64,000 nt of DNA from assembly GCF_000002075.1 (NCBI RefSeq), contig NW_004797470.1:899491-963490 (forward strand). The letters are read 5' to 3'. This document shows, piece after piece, positions 13,140-25,280 of this stretch (position 1 is its first letter; every line of letters begins with the position of its first letter). Under the pieces are notes generated by a model. It saw only the letters and a program-made list of their open reading frames with translations, did not search any database and was not told the DNA's origin. The DNA comes from Aplysia californica. Taxonomy: Eukaryota. The translations under genes were made by a program, and so were the position numbers.

Positions 13140-16100
13140 TATTATCTTTATTATTAGTATTAGTATTATTGTCATATTATCATTATTATCATCATTGTTA
13201 TTATTAATGCGAAATGAAATGCGAGACAGGCAGAGTAATGAAGAAGTACGAGCGTACGAGCAGCTATCGGCACTGAGGCCTGCCTGCGTTACATAGAAAA
13301 ACAGAGGATAAAATGGTTTGGCCACCTGTTACGCATGTCACCTGACCAGCCAGTCTCGAGAGCCTACAACACCAAGCACTGAGGCTATAAAGGAAGAGAA
13401 AGGCCATGCAAAAGGTGGATCGAGGGTGTCAAGGAAACCCTAAGAAAACATAACATCACAACTGAAAGAGCTACGGAGCTGGCCTACCATAGAAAACTGC
13501 ATCTCCCCTCGACGCTTAACGGCAACAGAGGATGAAATAGTAAAGTAAGTATTATTATTATTATCATCATTGTTTATATTATTATTATTATCATAATTAT
13601 TATTACGTACCTGCAGTTAGGCCCAAATGTGACGTCGTCGATGGCCAGAGCGTTGCCCGGCCCACCCGGGGTGGCTTGGATCATCAGCTGGAAGGGTTGG
13701 TCAACACTGGCAGCCACAGACATCTGTTGCCAGTACGTGCCCGGTCTGGCGTCAGGTAGGGGCAGATCTTTGTCCGGCCCCAGGTTGCTGTGTGTGCGGT
13801 AGCTCACTTTCAGACGTTGGCTTGAGCTCGGAATCAAGGCGAAGAAGCGAATCTGAGAGATGGGATACATTGATAATAAGATAATACAATTTATAAATTA
13901 TGCCCCACTGAATAAAGCGGCACTGCGCTTTCACTCTGCAAGTTTGGCGATGCAAAATAGAATACGGAAACAAAGACCTTATCAAAATCAAACACAGAAA
14001 CAAACCGAGAGACTGACGTCAACGGAGTAACCAATACAAAAAGAATCGAAGCTGAAATATGGGATAAAATAATAAAGTAAAAGAAATTTATAAATGCCCT
14101 ATTAGAATAATGCGACAGAGTAGCTCACTTGAAGAGTCGAGCTTCGAATCAAGGCAGAGACGCAAATTTAAGAGACGAGATAAAATGCTGGTAAGATAAT
14201 GTTTCTTTTTTAAAAATTATTATTTTAATTTTGTCATGAGAAGAATATAGGCACTATAAAGGTAATTGTCTGCTGGTAAAAATTAAGGCAGACGAACAAA
14301 CAGAAACAACAGAGGGAAAAAGAAGAAGTTGTACCCGTCAGTGACACCCTATAACCGCACAAAAATAAGATAATGAAATTCATAAATGCATAATTGGAAT
14401 AAAGCCACAGTATGTTTTTAGACTGTAGTCTGATGCAAAATATGCAGAAAGAAACGTCTTACGTAAAAACAAACACACACATAGAGAGAGTGACATCAAA
14501 GAATCACAGATAATTTGGTGGGTGTATTTATGTGGGCATGCACACGTGTTTATCTTGACTTCTCTTTAGAGTGAGACAAAATGTTTGATAAATCTGTATT
14601 TGAATAAAAATGTTTTCCTGGATATATCTGGCTTTGCACAAAAATTTAAAAAATACAATCTGCTGCAACTCCTAAAAAGTCACTGAGAATTTGAATACTA
14701 TCTAATTCATTTTTCGAAAGTACAAAGGTTACTTAAATTAGACCATAGATTTGTAAGTGAAATGAATAAAAGAGTTCTCTTGCTCTTAAAACCTGAAATT
14801 TTAGAAATATCTGTTTTAGCATCTAAACCCTTCATATTAACACAAAGGCTCACCTGACACACGCTGTTGTTGGTGGGTGCCAGCGGCTTGGACAGTAGCC
14901 AGGCTGTGTCCGTGGACTTCGCTGAAGGTCCGGCCTGCACGTAGAGATAATGACCAGAGCTGAGGCCGGTACTGTGGTCCACACCGGGCAGGCCACGCGC
15001 CAGACCCTGGGAGCTGTCCCACAACTTCCAGTCTAGCTGATCCTCTTGGCTCTCAGAGAAATCGCCGAAGGGAACGCGCTCAAAGTTGAAGTGGAGGTAA
15101 CCCGTGCAGTTGGCGGGAGCCTCGTCCGAGTTATCCCCACAGTCGTCCTGGCCGTTGCACAGCGCCTGGAAGTCCACGCACGCCCCCGACTTGCAGCGGA
15201 ACTGATTGTCGGCACACGCAAAAACGCTCTGCGGTACAGCGCAGTGCTTCAGTTCTAGGTTGTCAATGGCGATCTGGCCGGAGAAAGATGAGGCTGGCAA
15301 GCGCGTGAAGGTCAAGGAGAAGGGTGAAGATCTCCGGCCAATGCCCACGTTGGCTTTGGTCCAGAGTCCGGTAGCGTCAGAGACCTGCCAGAGCGTGGCC
15401 GCCGTCATGTCAAATTTGTTGATCTCTAGCTTGATGGTGCCGGCGACGGGGGGAGCCATGTAGTAGCTGAAGGAGAGAAGACAGCCAGTGGCGGAGGAAG
15501 AGAACGTCTGGCTGGACAACTTAGCCACCTGGCCGGCTGTGTTCCCGTTGTTGGCGTCATTGATGTAGGCGTAGCCACCCGTCCGACTGCCATCTGCGTC
15601 CTGAGTGGGGCCTTTCGAGGGGTCAACAGATGTCGGGCTGCCAGCCTTCCAGTCCAGGAGATCTGGTTTCGTCTCACTCCACGTGCAAAGGTCAGTGTCG
15701 AAGGTGCAAACCTTTTGCGTGTGGCACTTTGACTCATCACTGCCGTCCATGCAGTCTAGGTGGAAGTCACACAACTGGCTCTGGAGGACACACCCACCCA
15801 GTGTACGACACGCGACCTGACCTCCAGGACACGTCGCCATGGTGCCCGTGGGCGCTGCGGTTGTGGGAGGTGTCGTGACGGCGGGGGCCGGTGTCGGGGG
15901 AACGGGTACATTGCAGAACGGGGAGAAGCTGATATCGTCAAGGTTCACGTCCGAGTAGGCGCCAATACCTTTCACAGCCTCAAATAGCAGCTGGTACGGT
16001 TCCGCTGACATGAGAGTGACACTGGCTCTTTGCCACACTGACGTCTGGTTGCTGGTCCATGTGTTCCTCGAGATTCTACCCATACTGCTGGTGCTGGTGT

Positions 16101-19100
16101 AGACGTTTAGAGTGCCCGGGTCGCGTCCTACCATCCTGTACCAAAATCGAACCACACACTGCTGGTTTGCGGCTGGCATTGAGTAGAGGATGGTGGCTGT
16201 TGTGTTGGCTGTCAGAGCCGCTGAGGAGTATGAGGTCAAGTAGTGTCCGTAGCTTGAGTGTGTGGTGTGGTCATCCGGTGGTCTTCTGTACGCACTTCCT
16301 ACCCCGGTGTTCATTCCCTGGACGAGTGACCAAGTGTTCCGTCCGCCCACCATGTTCTTCCAGTCTCCAATGCCTTGCTCGAACGTGGACTTGGCGTAGA
16401 GGTAGCACAGCTGGTTGTCCTCATCGGAGCCGTCACAACAGTCGGTGCTGAGGTCACACTTGTGGTCCTCCAGGATACAACGACCGTCGCCGCAGCTGAA
16501 CTCTCCCGCGCCGCAGTCGGCTGGGGGCGGACTCTGGCAGTTCTCGAAGGCAAAGTCGTCCAGGAAGAGTTGAGACACGGAGGAGTATATAGACCGATAG
16601 GTGACCACAATCTGGAACTCTGAGGAGCAAGGAGGAAGCGCCACCGACAGTTTGGTCCACTGGTTGAGGGGCAGGTTCGTTCTTCTCTCAGGCCATATGA
16701 TGTTATCGTAGCCTCCTGCCCGCACGCTGATGGTGAAGAGCGAGGGCTGTCGAACCGCTTGATACCACAGGGAGAACGTGCAGTGCGTGCTGGCTTTGCG
16801 GTAGAATGAGGATAACAGGATCAGAGTGTAGGAGCTATAACTTGTCCCAGGGTCGGGGGAGATTACGTGACCCTGAGGAGAGCCCGGGTTGTGGTCAGCG
16901 TTGATCATTGTCTTGGAGACTAAAGATACGATAGAAGACGCGGAGGAAGAAGAATTCGAGCCTTGGATCTTCCACCCACAAGCACCGTTCTCAAAGTTGC
17001 AGGTCGGTGGACAGCTGGCTTCATCTGTGCCGTCGGTGCAGTCTGCATAGAAGTCACACCAGGCAGAGACCGGCTTACACTGACCATCACACTGGAATTC
17101 CTTGCCCGCCTGGCACTGGCCTGGCGCTAGCGTAGGTCTCAGAGGTGGCAGCGTGCGGCGCACGTCTGGGATACAGCCGGGCGTCCAGGTGATGTCGTCA
17201 ATGGCTATGTCTCCCGTGTACTTTACGCCACGCACCCCCTCAAACACCACGCGATATGTGGATGGGTCGCTCAACTCCACCACTGCTTTCTGCCACTCGT
17301 CTCCTCCAGCGGACGCTTGCGGCATACTCCACTTCAAAGTCCTAGGCCCCCCTTCCTTCATTTCGGTGTAAACTGCCAGTTCGCTCACAGCATCCTGGGC
17401 TACGTGATAGAAGAATCGCATGTAGCAGGAAGCTGGCCCGTTGGGGTAGAACACGGGACCTTTGATCCTGGCAGTCTCATTGATCTTGTGGACAGTGCTG
17501 AGAGGCATGTACAAGAAGTGACCTGTTCTGTTCCCGTAAGTATGGTCTCTGCCCGGTCTTGTGGAGCCAGCGCTTTTGATCTGCCAGTCAAACTGATCTG
17601 TGCCGTCTTGCCTGAAGCCGCAAGTCCCTTGCTCAAAGGAGCAGCCGACATAGTTGCCACAGTTCATCTCGTCCTCCCCGTGAGCACAGTCTTGAGCATA
17701 ATCGCACACCACGTCGAGATGTTTACATTCACGTGACGTGGTGCACGTGAACTCCTGATCTGAGCACGTGTTGTGAGCGAGCCCACGAGAACACGATTCG
17801 CTGAAGGACACGTCGTCAATAGCCACAAACGTACCACTGGGCGGTCTCTTGTAGTCAAATCGGAACACCACCCGGAAACCTGCAGCACGAGAGCCGATGC
17901 CAACTCTTGCCTGGCGCCACTGGGAGGAGGTTCGAGCCCTCCACAGGCGCACGCCCGAAGCCGTTGACTTGTAGTTGAGCACACCGTCCGGGTACAGGTA
18001 CATCGAGAGTACATCTGGGCGGTCGCTGACGTAATAGAAGCGGATCTCACAGGTGGCCTCTGTGGCCCCGTACACCGGAGACTCGAAGATAGAGATACTG
18101 GTGTAGCCCTCCCCGCTGGACACAGGCAGCATGAAGTGACCCACGCCTTTGATGCCCAGAGTGTGGTCGAGGGTAGGTCTGTGGACCAGCTCGTCCTGTG
18201 TAGTGTTTACTCGGGTCCAGGAATACCTGTAGGAAACCAACACATGGTCAAATTAAATTGTAGCAACCCCCCTCCCCGCCGATCAAATTCAAGTCTGTTG
18301 CTGGAACCAGCTTTTTTGTCACGACTCTGGTCTACTGCAACATTATATTTTCATATTTAAAGAACATAGTATGAAGGTTACCATAGTTAAGCCCTCCCCC
18401 CCCCCCCCCCCCCCCAGGCCTCTGTTTAAAGCGTTGTTTCTCGGTTGAAAAAAAGATTGAAAAAAATGAATGCTTCAACTGAACTAATATTATTTGTAAA
18501 GTTGTGTTACTATTTAAATGAGATATTCAATGAAGAAAACGTTCTTCATCAGGTGTGGCTCTGAAGCAACATACGAGTATGAGTAAGAGATATAGCTCAT
18601 TGATTTATTATAAATGTTTTACACCCCCACTTGACGAAACTTAGATCATCTAGAGGGCTGGCTGATTCGATGTAGCCTGGCCAGACCAACCAGGGCAGTA
18701 TTGGGCACAGCATCTCAGCAGATAGATGAAGAGGTTAGAAAATAGAACTTCCACACACAGGAATCGAATTCCCTGTTCTCTTTGTGCTACGGAAAAGAGC
18801 TTGTAACCGATACACCGTAGGCCCCAGTGGACATGACTTATATGTGTTAGATTTTGGCAAACAGTAGATTATAATATGCCATGAAGCATGAATTGTAATT
18901 GTAGAAGTTTTACACCTCTATCGACACAACTTAGATCATTTAGGTGGCGGGCTTCGACCCTGCCGGCTTGAGAGGGATACAACGTCTCAGTAGAAAGACG
19001 GATATATTCTTTTTTTTATTTCTCACACGGAATTGAACTCGGGTCTTCTGCACGAGTCGTTGAGATGTCCAACGGCTACACCACAGACGCTGGTCAAACA

Positions 19101-22100
19101 ATGGATGATGCCATGGAGCTGTACAGATATGAATGGAAATTGGAAGGGGGATGGATTTACCTGTTGACACTGTGGTCTGTCCAGCCACACGTTGAGGACT
19201 CAAAGTCACAAACTCCACAATTCTGCTCATCGGAACCGTCGAAGCACTGGGTGAGGAAATCGCAGACCTGGGACTTGGGGATACAGTTCTGGTGGTCAGC
19301 GCATTGCCACAGGTTGGGGTCTCCACACGGGTTGGGCGTGGTTGTCGCAGGGCTGGGCGTGGCAGTGGGGAAACTGTCAGGGCTGACAGCGCATCCCGGG
19401 GCAAAGATGATGTCATCAATACCGATGTCTCCAAAAGAACCGTAGCCGCGGACACCTTCGATGACCACCTGGAACGGTTGTGAGCTGAAGATAGGGACAG
19501 TTTGAGGGAACCAGTAGTTGCCATTGTCCGAGTTGTCTGAAAACCTCAGCGTGAGAGGGCCGTTGATGGCTGTCCGGGTGTAGACGTTCAGCTTGTCGAT
19601 GTCTCTGCCGTACATGTGAGCGAAAAAGGTCATCAGACACAGGTTGGTCGGGGCTAGGGCAGGACTCACCAACCAGGCTCTATCCCCAGGCAAGCGACCT
19701 AAGGCCTTGATGTACAGGTAGTGTCCGGTGGCTAGTGATGTGGTGTGGTCCACTGAGGGACCCGTGGAGTGCAGAGGCGTACTTTTGGTGTTGCGCGTCC
19801 AGTCAAACTCATCCAGGACGTGCTCTTGGGTCCAGTCACACAGGTCCGACTCAAAACTGCAACGGTGGTAGGCGGAGCACGTGGTGTCCAACTCATCCGT
19901 GCCGTCACCGCAGTCGTCAACAAAGTTGCACGCCAACTTGGGGGAGATACAGCCTCCGTTGGCACATTTGAAGCTGTTAGCAGCCGATTGACAACTCGTG
20001 TTAGGGTCTGGGTAGTCACAGTTTCGGAAACTGATGTCGTCAATAGCGATATCACCAAGAGTGGTGTACGATCGCTTGGCAAGGATAGCCACGGTAAAGG
20101 GAGCGTTGGATGCTCCTATAGGAACGACCTTTTGCTGCCAGCTGTCGCCGTAATCCATATTGGTGCTGAAGAGGGTAAACTCCTGAACACCCTCTTTCCT
20201 GGAGACCATCAGTGTGCCGATGTTTGTGCCCGTCATGTGGAAAAAGAAGACGAGCTCGCAGTTGGGGGCCGAGCGCTGCAGTAGCGGACTCTCAAAGCGC
20301 GCCGTGCCGTACCTGCCACTCTTAGCGTCCACGTACATGTAATAGCCCGCAGGTGCTCCCAGGGTGTGGTCCACTGTAGGGCCCGTGTTAGCGTTGGGGG
20401 TAGCTCCCCGTAACTTTCTCCACTGATACGAGCCCTGTTGAGTGTTTTTCCACTTACAGTCCTTCTCAAACGTGCAGTCATACTCACACGCCGTTTCCTC
20501 CTCTCCATCAGGACAGTCTTTGTGGAAGTCACAGACCATTCTGCGGGATAGGTACTGGCCGTTAGCCGAGCAGTGGAAGGCGTTGAAGGTTGGAGCTGGG
20601 GTGGATGAGGAGCAACTGCCCATTTGTATGGCCAGGTCATCCAAGGCAATATCACTCCTCATCTGGGTGCCAATGGTGCCCTCTAGAATGACAAAGAATT
20701 CAGAGCTGAAGGGTCCCAATGTGACACGCTTAGCATTCCAGACGGCCCCCTGGTCTCCTGACATGGTAAACAGTGTTAAGGGAGCCGTTGCCGACGAAGG
20801 CAAAGTTTGAATCTTTACAGTGAATTTACCTACAGACGAACCTTTCATGTAATACCAAAGGTTGAGGCAGTACGTTGTTGAGACTTTCAGGCGAGGGGAA
20901 ACTAACTGAGCTACATCTCCAGGTTTCCTTGGGAGCAGACTATCTAAGACCAGGTAGCCTCCGTACTTTGTATTTAGAGTGTGGTCAACGCTAGGCCCTG
21001 TGTATGTTCTGTAGCCTCGACCCCGGAGCCAGTCAAACGTGTCCCCTGTCCGGGTGTTGCTCCAAGCACAGATCTCCCCCTCAAAGTCACAACTACCCAA
21101 GCCTGGACACTGACCGCTAATGAGAGACACGTCGTCAATGGCCAGGTCTCCAGCACCGGACCCCGAGACTTGAGCCTCAAACATCAAGTAAAATCGCGAG
21201 TTGCTGGCGACATTCACAAGAGCTAATTGCCATGGAGACGAGGTTCCAACTGATGGGGCGAATGTTTGAAGGGTAGAACTGAGAGCCGAACCTTCTGCTA
21301 GCTGCTGTATGGAGAGCTGAGCCTTGCCCGGCCGGTACCAGAAGGTAAAGCAAGAAGCGTCCGTGGGTGTGAACACAGAAGTCTCCAGGCGAGCCACGTC
21401 CCCGACCGACCTGTCCGGTGAAGTGACATTTGCCAGAGCGAAGTGGCCCTCGCTCGTGCCAAACGTGTGGTCAACAGACGGTGAAGAGCTAACTGCACCG
21501 GATGACGCCACTGCAGCAGCGGCTGTGACAGTCCAATCAAAATCATCCGCGGGCACTTGCATGAATTTGCAGAGTCCGTCCTCAAAATCACACCTCGGCG
21601 AAGCCGGGCAGTCTCCTAAGTTCATGGAGAAATCGTCGAGAGCTATATCCCCATTGTTATCAGCTGTCTCAAGGGCCTGCGCTGTGAGGAAAGCTGTGGC
21701 TCCGATCATGTCTTGTACGTGAACTTGCACAAACTTCCACTCAGGCCCTTGTGTGCCGACACGTGTCCACAAGAGGTCACTGTTCCCGCCTGGGCTGCTG
21801 GCGTTGACGTACAGGCTGAGCCGCCCGACGCTAGACCCATACATATAGTACCAGAATTTGAAGCAAATACCGCCAGTGGGTATGGTCACTGTGGGGCTGA
21901 CGAGCCTGGATGTTCCGCTACGCCTGAGTGTGCTGGGTCGGTAGATATAGTGTCCGAGAGCGTTGTTGTACGTGTGGTCAGCAGTCGGACCTGTTGCCGT
22001 GCTGGGGGTTCTACCGGCTCGGACCAACCAGTCCTGATCATTGCTTGGATCTTGTTTCCACAGACAGAACTGGCTCTCAAAGTTACAGTCCAGCTTGGTT

Positions 22101-25100
22101 GCTGCATAGGTCGGAGGGATCGTGGATGGAGGAGGTGTGGTGGACAGTTTCTGTTGGCCACCACAGGGGAAGCTGAACAGATGTATGTCATCTATGGCAA
22201 TATCTCCCGAATAGTTGCCACCATACACGCCCTCGAAGATGTACTCAAACATCTGAGAAGAGTGGACTGTGACCTGCCCTTTCTGCCATGAGTTCCCTTG
22301 ATTGTTGCTCAGAGCCCACACCAACGTCTTCAGGCTGCTGCCAAGCAGTTTTGTGTAGATGTTGAGCGTGCCGATACCGGCCCCGTACATGTGGTACCAG
22401 AACTCCAAACAGCTGCCCGTAGTGGCCGGGATGGGCTCACTCTGAAGCCAGGCACTGTCTCCCAGTTTGTGGCTGCCCGAAGTCTCAATGTACAAGTACT
22501 GCCCTTGTTTAGTGCCCGTCGTGTGGTCTACTTGTGGGCCCGTGTTGGAGGACAATGTACCTGCACTGTCCAGTACCCAGTCAAACTGATCCCCTTTCTT
22601 CACATTGAAAAACGCACACAGACCCTGTTCAAAAGAGCAGGAGCCTATGGGTTGACAAGGGAGAAAACTGACAGCGATATCATCAATGGCAATGTCACTT
22701 GTGTAACTTGATCCCCTAACTCCTTCAAATTGGATTTGTAAAGGTTTGCCGTTACCCGAGAGCTGGACGCTGGCTTTCTTCCAGGCATTCTCCTGCGGGC
22801 CTTGTAAGCTCCAGAGTTTGACGCTGGCTGAGCCAGGTGTCTTCTTGTAGACATTGAGCGTGCCCATGCCGCGGCCGTACATATGGTACCAGAAGGTGAG
22901 GCAGCCGCCGTACACTTTGTAGTCTTTGCTGGTGATGACTGCAGTGTCTCCAGTCGCACGTCCTGAGGCCTCGATGTAGGCGTACTTCCCCACAGATGAG
23001 CCGTGAGTGTGGTCAGTTCCTGGACCCGTGCCACTAGAGCTTGTTGCGTTGTTACCAAGTGTCCAGTTAAACACATCGTTCGTCTCCTGGGTCCAATCAC
23101 AGAATCCAGACTCAAAGGTGCATTCCTTGAGAGCTGGACAATCACCTCTCTTGGTGGTGATGTCATCGATGGCTATATCTCCCTGGTAGCCGGTGCCGAT
23201 AGTAGCCCGGAACGTGAGACCATACGAACTGCTCATGTTCATAAATACGTTCATTTGTACCCATTTGTCTGCCTGCGTGCCAGATAGAGACCAAAGGATG
23301 TCGGCTTTGCGAGCGTAAGGGCTAGTGGATAGTAGCTGCAGCGACCCAATGTCTTCTCCATGCATGTGGTACCAGAAGGACAGGCAGTAGCCAATCAGGT
23401 CTGTGGGCGGCAGTGTTGGGCTCACTAGGTCCGCCGTTTCGTTTTGTTTTCTAGGTGAAGAACTTTCAATGTACATGTACTTCCCACTACCCCCGTGAGC
23501 GCTCGGAGGTCCAGTGCCAGAGCTAGAGGTCGGGCCACTATTGTGCGTCCAGTCAAACACGTCACTGTTGGTCTGCTTCCAGTTGCAAGTGTTCTGGTCA
23601 AACGAACACGCCACAGACGGGGGTGCCTTGGTCCGGCTGCAGGACGAGAAAGAAACGTCGTCAATAGACGCAAAGTTCTGGAGACTCGCACTGCTCTGTG
23701 CTGTACTCGAGGCTTCATACCAGATCTCGATCTGGGTACCAGACGGAAGTTCTCCAACAGTACGTCCAAGGTAAACGTACGCAGCGCGCCAATTTCCGCT
23801 AAATGTCGGAGAGGACCACACACGGGTTTTAACACCTTTGTAGGGCACCATGACCGACAGTCTTCCAGCTGCGGGATTTATGTGGTAGAAAAACTTCATA
23901 ACACACAGAGTGGACGTACCGCCAAGCACGGGGGAGCGAAGGATGGCCGGGGAGGACAGGATGCCGTAAGCTGGTTTTATGTAAGCATAGTGGCCGTTGG
24001 CGTTGGCCAGCGTGTTATCTATTGAAGGCCCCACTTTACCCATGTCTGCTGGTTTGCTCAGATCCCATCTATAGTGTCCAGAGCTGGCGTGGAACCAGCC
24101 GCACATGGTTCCATTCTCGAAGTTACAGGTGCCACACTGAGCCTCATCTGAGCCGTCAGAACAGTCTGGATCAAAGTTACAGACCTTGTTGAGTCCCACA
24201 CACTGGCCGCTGGTACATTGGAAGTATGTCGAGTAGCACGTCCTTTTCGTGGTGGCAACCGTTGTCATGGTGTAAGTAGCTGCTGGGAGGGTGGTACCGG
24301 TGGCCACTTTACATCCAGGTGAAAGAGTAACATCGTCCAGTGCCATGTCTCCGAGGTAAGAGCCCACGACACCCTCGATAATCACCCTGAAGGACTTCTG
24401 GCTCACCAGAGGGATGATGGCGCGTGCCCAGAAGTTCTGACGGGTGCTGAGTTGGGTGAAGAGAAGCTGTGGGTACCCTGCCTTCTCTGTGAGCATGTAG
24501 ATGTTGAGGGGCTGCATGGTGCTCCCGTACATGTGATAGAACAGTGAGAGGTGACACTGATCCGACACTTGAGCCGGACTCACCACTGGGCTCATTAGCT
24601 TCGCCTTCTGGCCCGTCTTCGCTGGGCTCGAGGTCTCTAGATACACAAAATGACCGGTGTCCAGCCCCGTACTGTGGTCAACTGAAGGCCCGGTATTGTC
24701 CGTGGGGGTTGGCCCCTGGTGTATTCTCCAGTCCATATCGTCATGGGTGTCTTGCTGCCAGCTGCACAGGTCCGTCTCAAAGTTACACCGGTGTGCTTGA
24801 TTGCAGCTGAGGTCTGTCTCATCACTGTTGTCTCCACAGTCGTCCGTCAGATCACACAGGTACACGCGGTCCACACACACGCCATTGCCACAGCGGAACT
24901 TTGTGGACGGGCAGGACGCTGCAGGCTGAGGGGGCCCGCAGTTCACAAACTTTGTGTCATCTATAGCGATGGACCCCGGGGTGGAGTAGAGCCTTGAGGC
25001 TTTCAGCAGAACCCGAATCTGACTGGTGTAGTGGCCAACGTACACTTGCGCCAGAGCCCATTTGGAGCCGGTGGTGGGCATAGGGGGCGCCTTCCAGATG

Positions 25101-25202
25101 GTCATTTCTCTCGAGCCAATCTGTACCGAAACAATCAACCATACAGTAGTTACGCTGCAAGAGGCTCAATAATTATAATTTGAGGAAAAGTTAGTACACA
25201 CA

Positions 25203-25280
<78 letters not shown>

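Noticed and set aside
14707-25138. The 1,178-aa and 1,993-aa ORFs as two separate intronless genes
   Set aside because: Both begin and end mid-domain, lack signal peptides, and have phase-matched splice sites joining them to neighbouring exons.
14837-25169. Many antisense and alternate-frame ORFs over the giant exons
   Set aside because: Shadow ORFs of GC-rich coding sequence with no recognisable domains.
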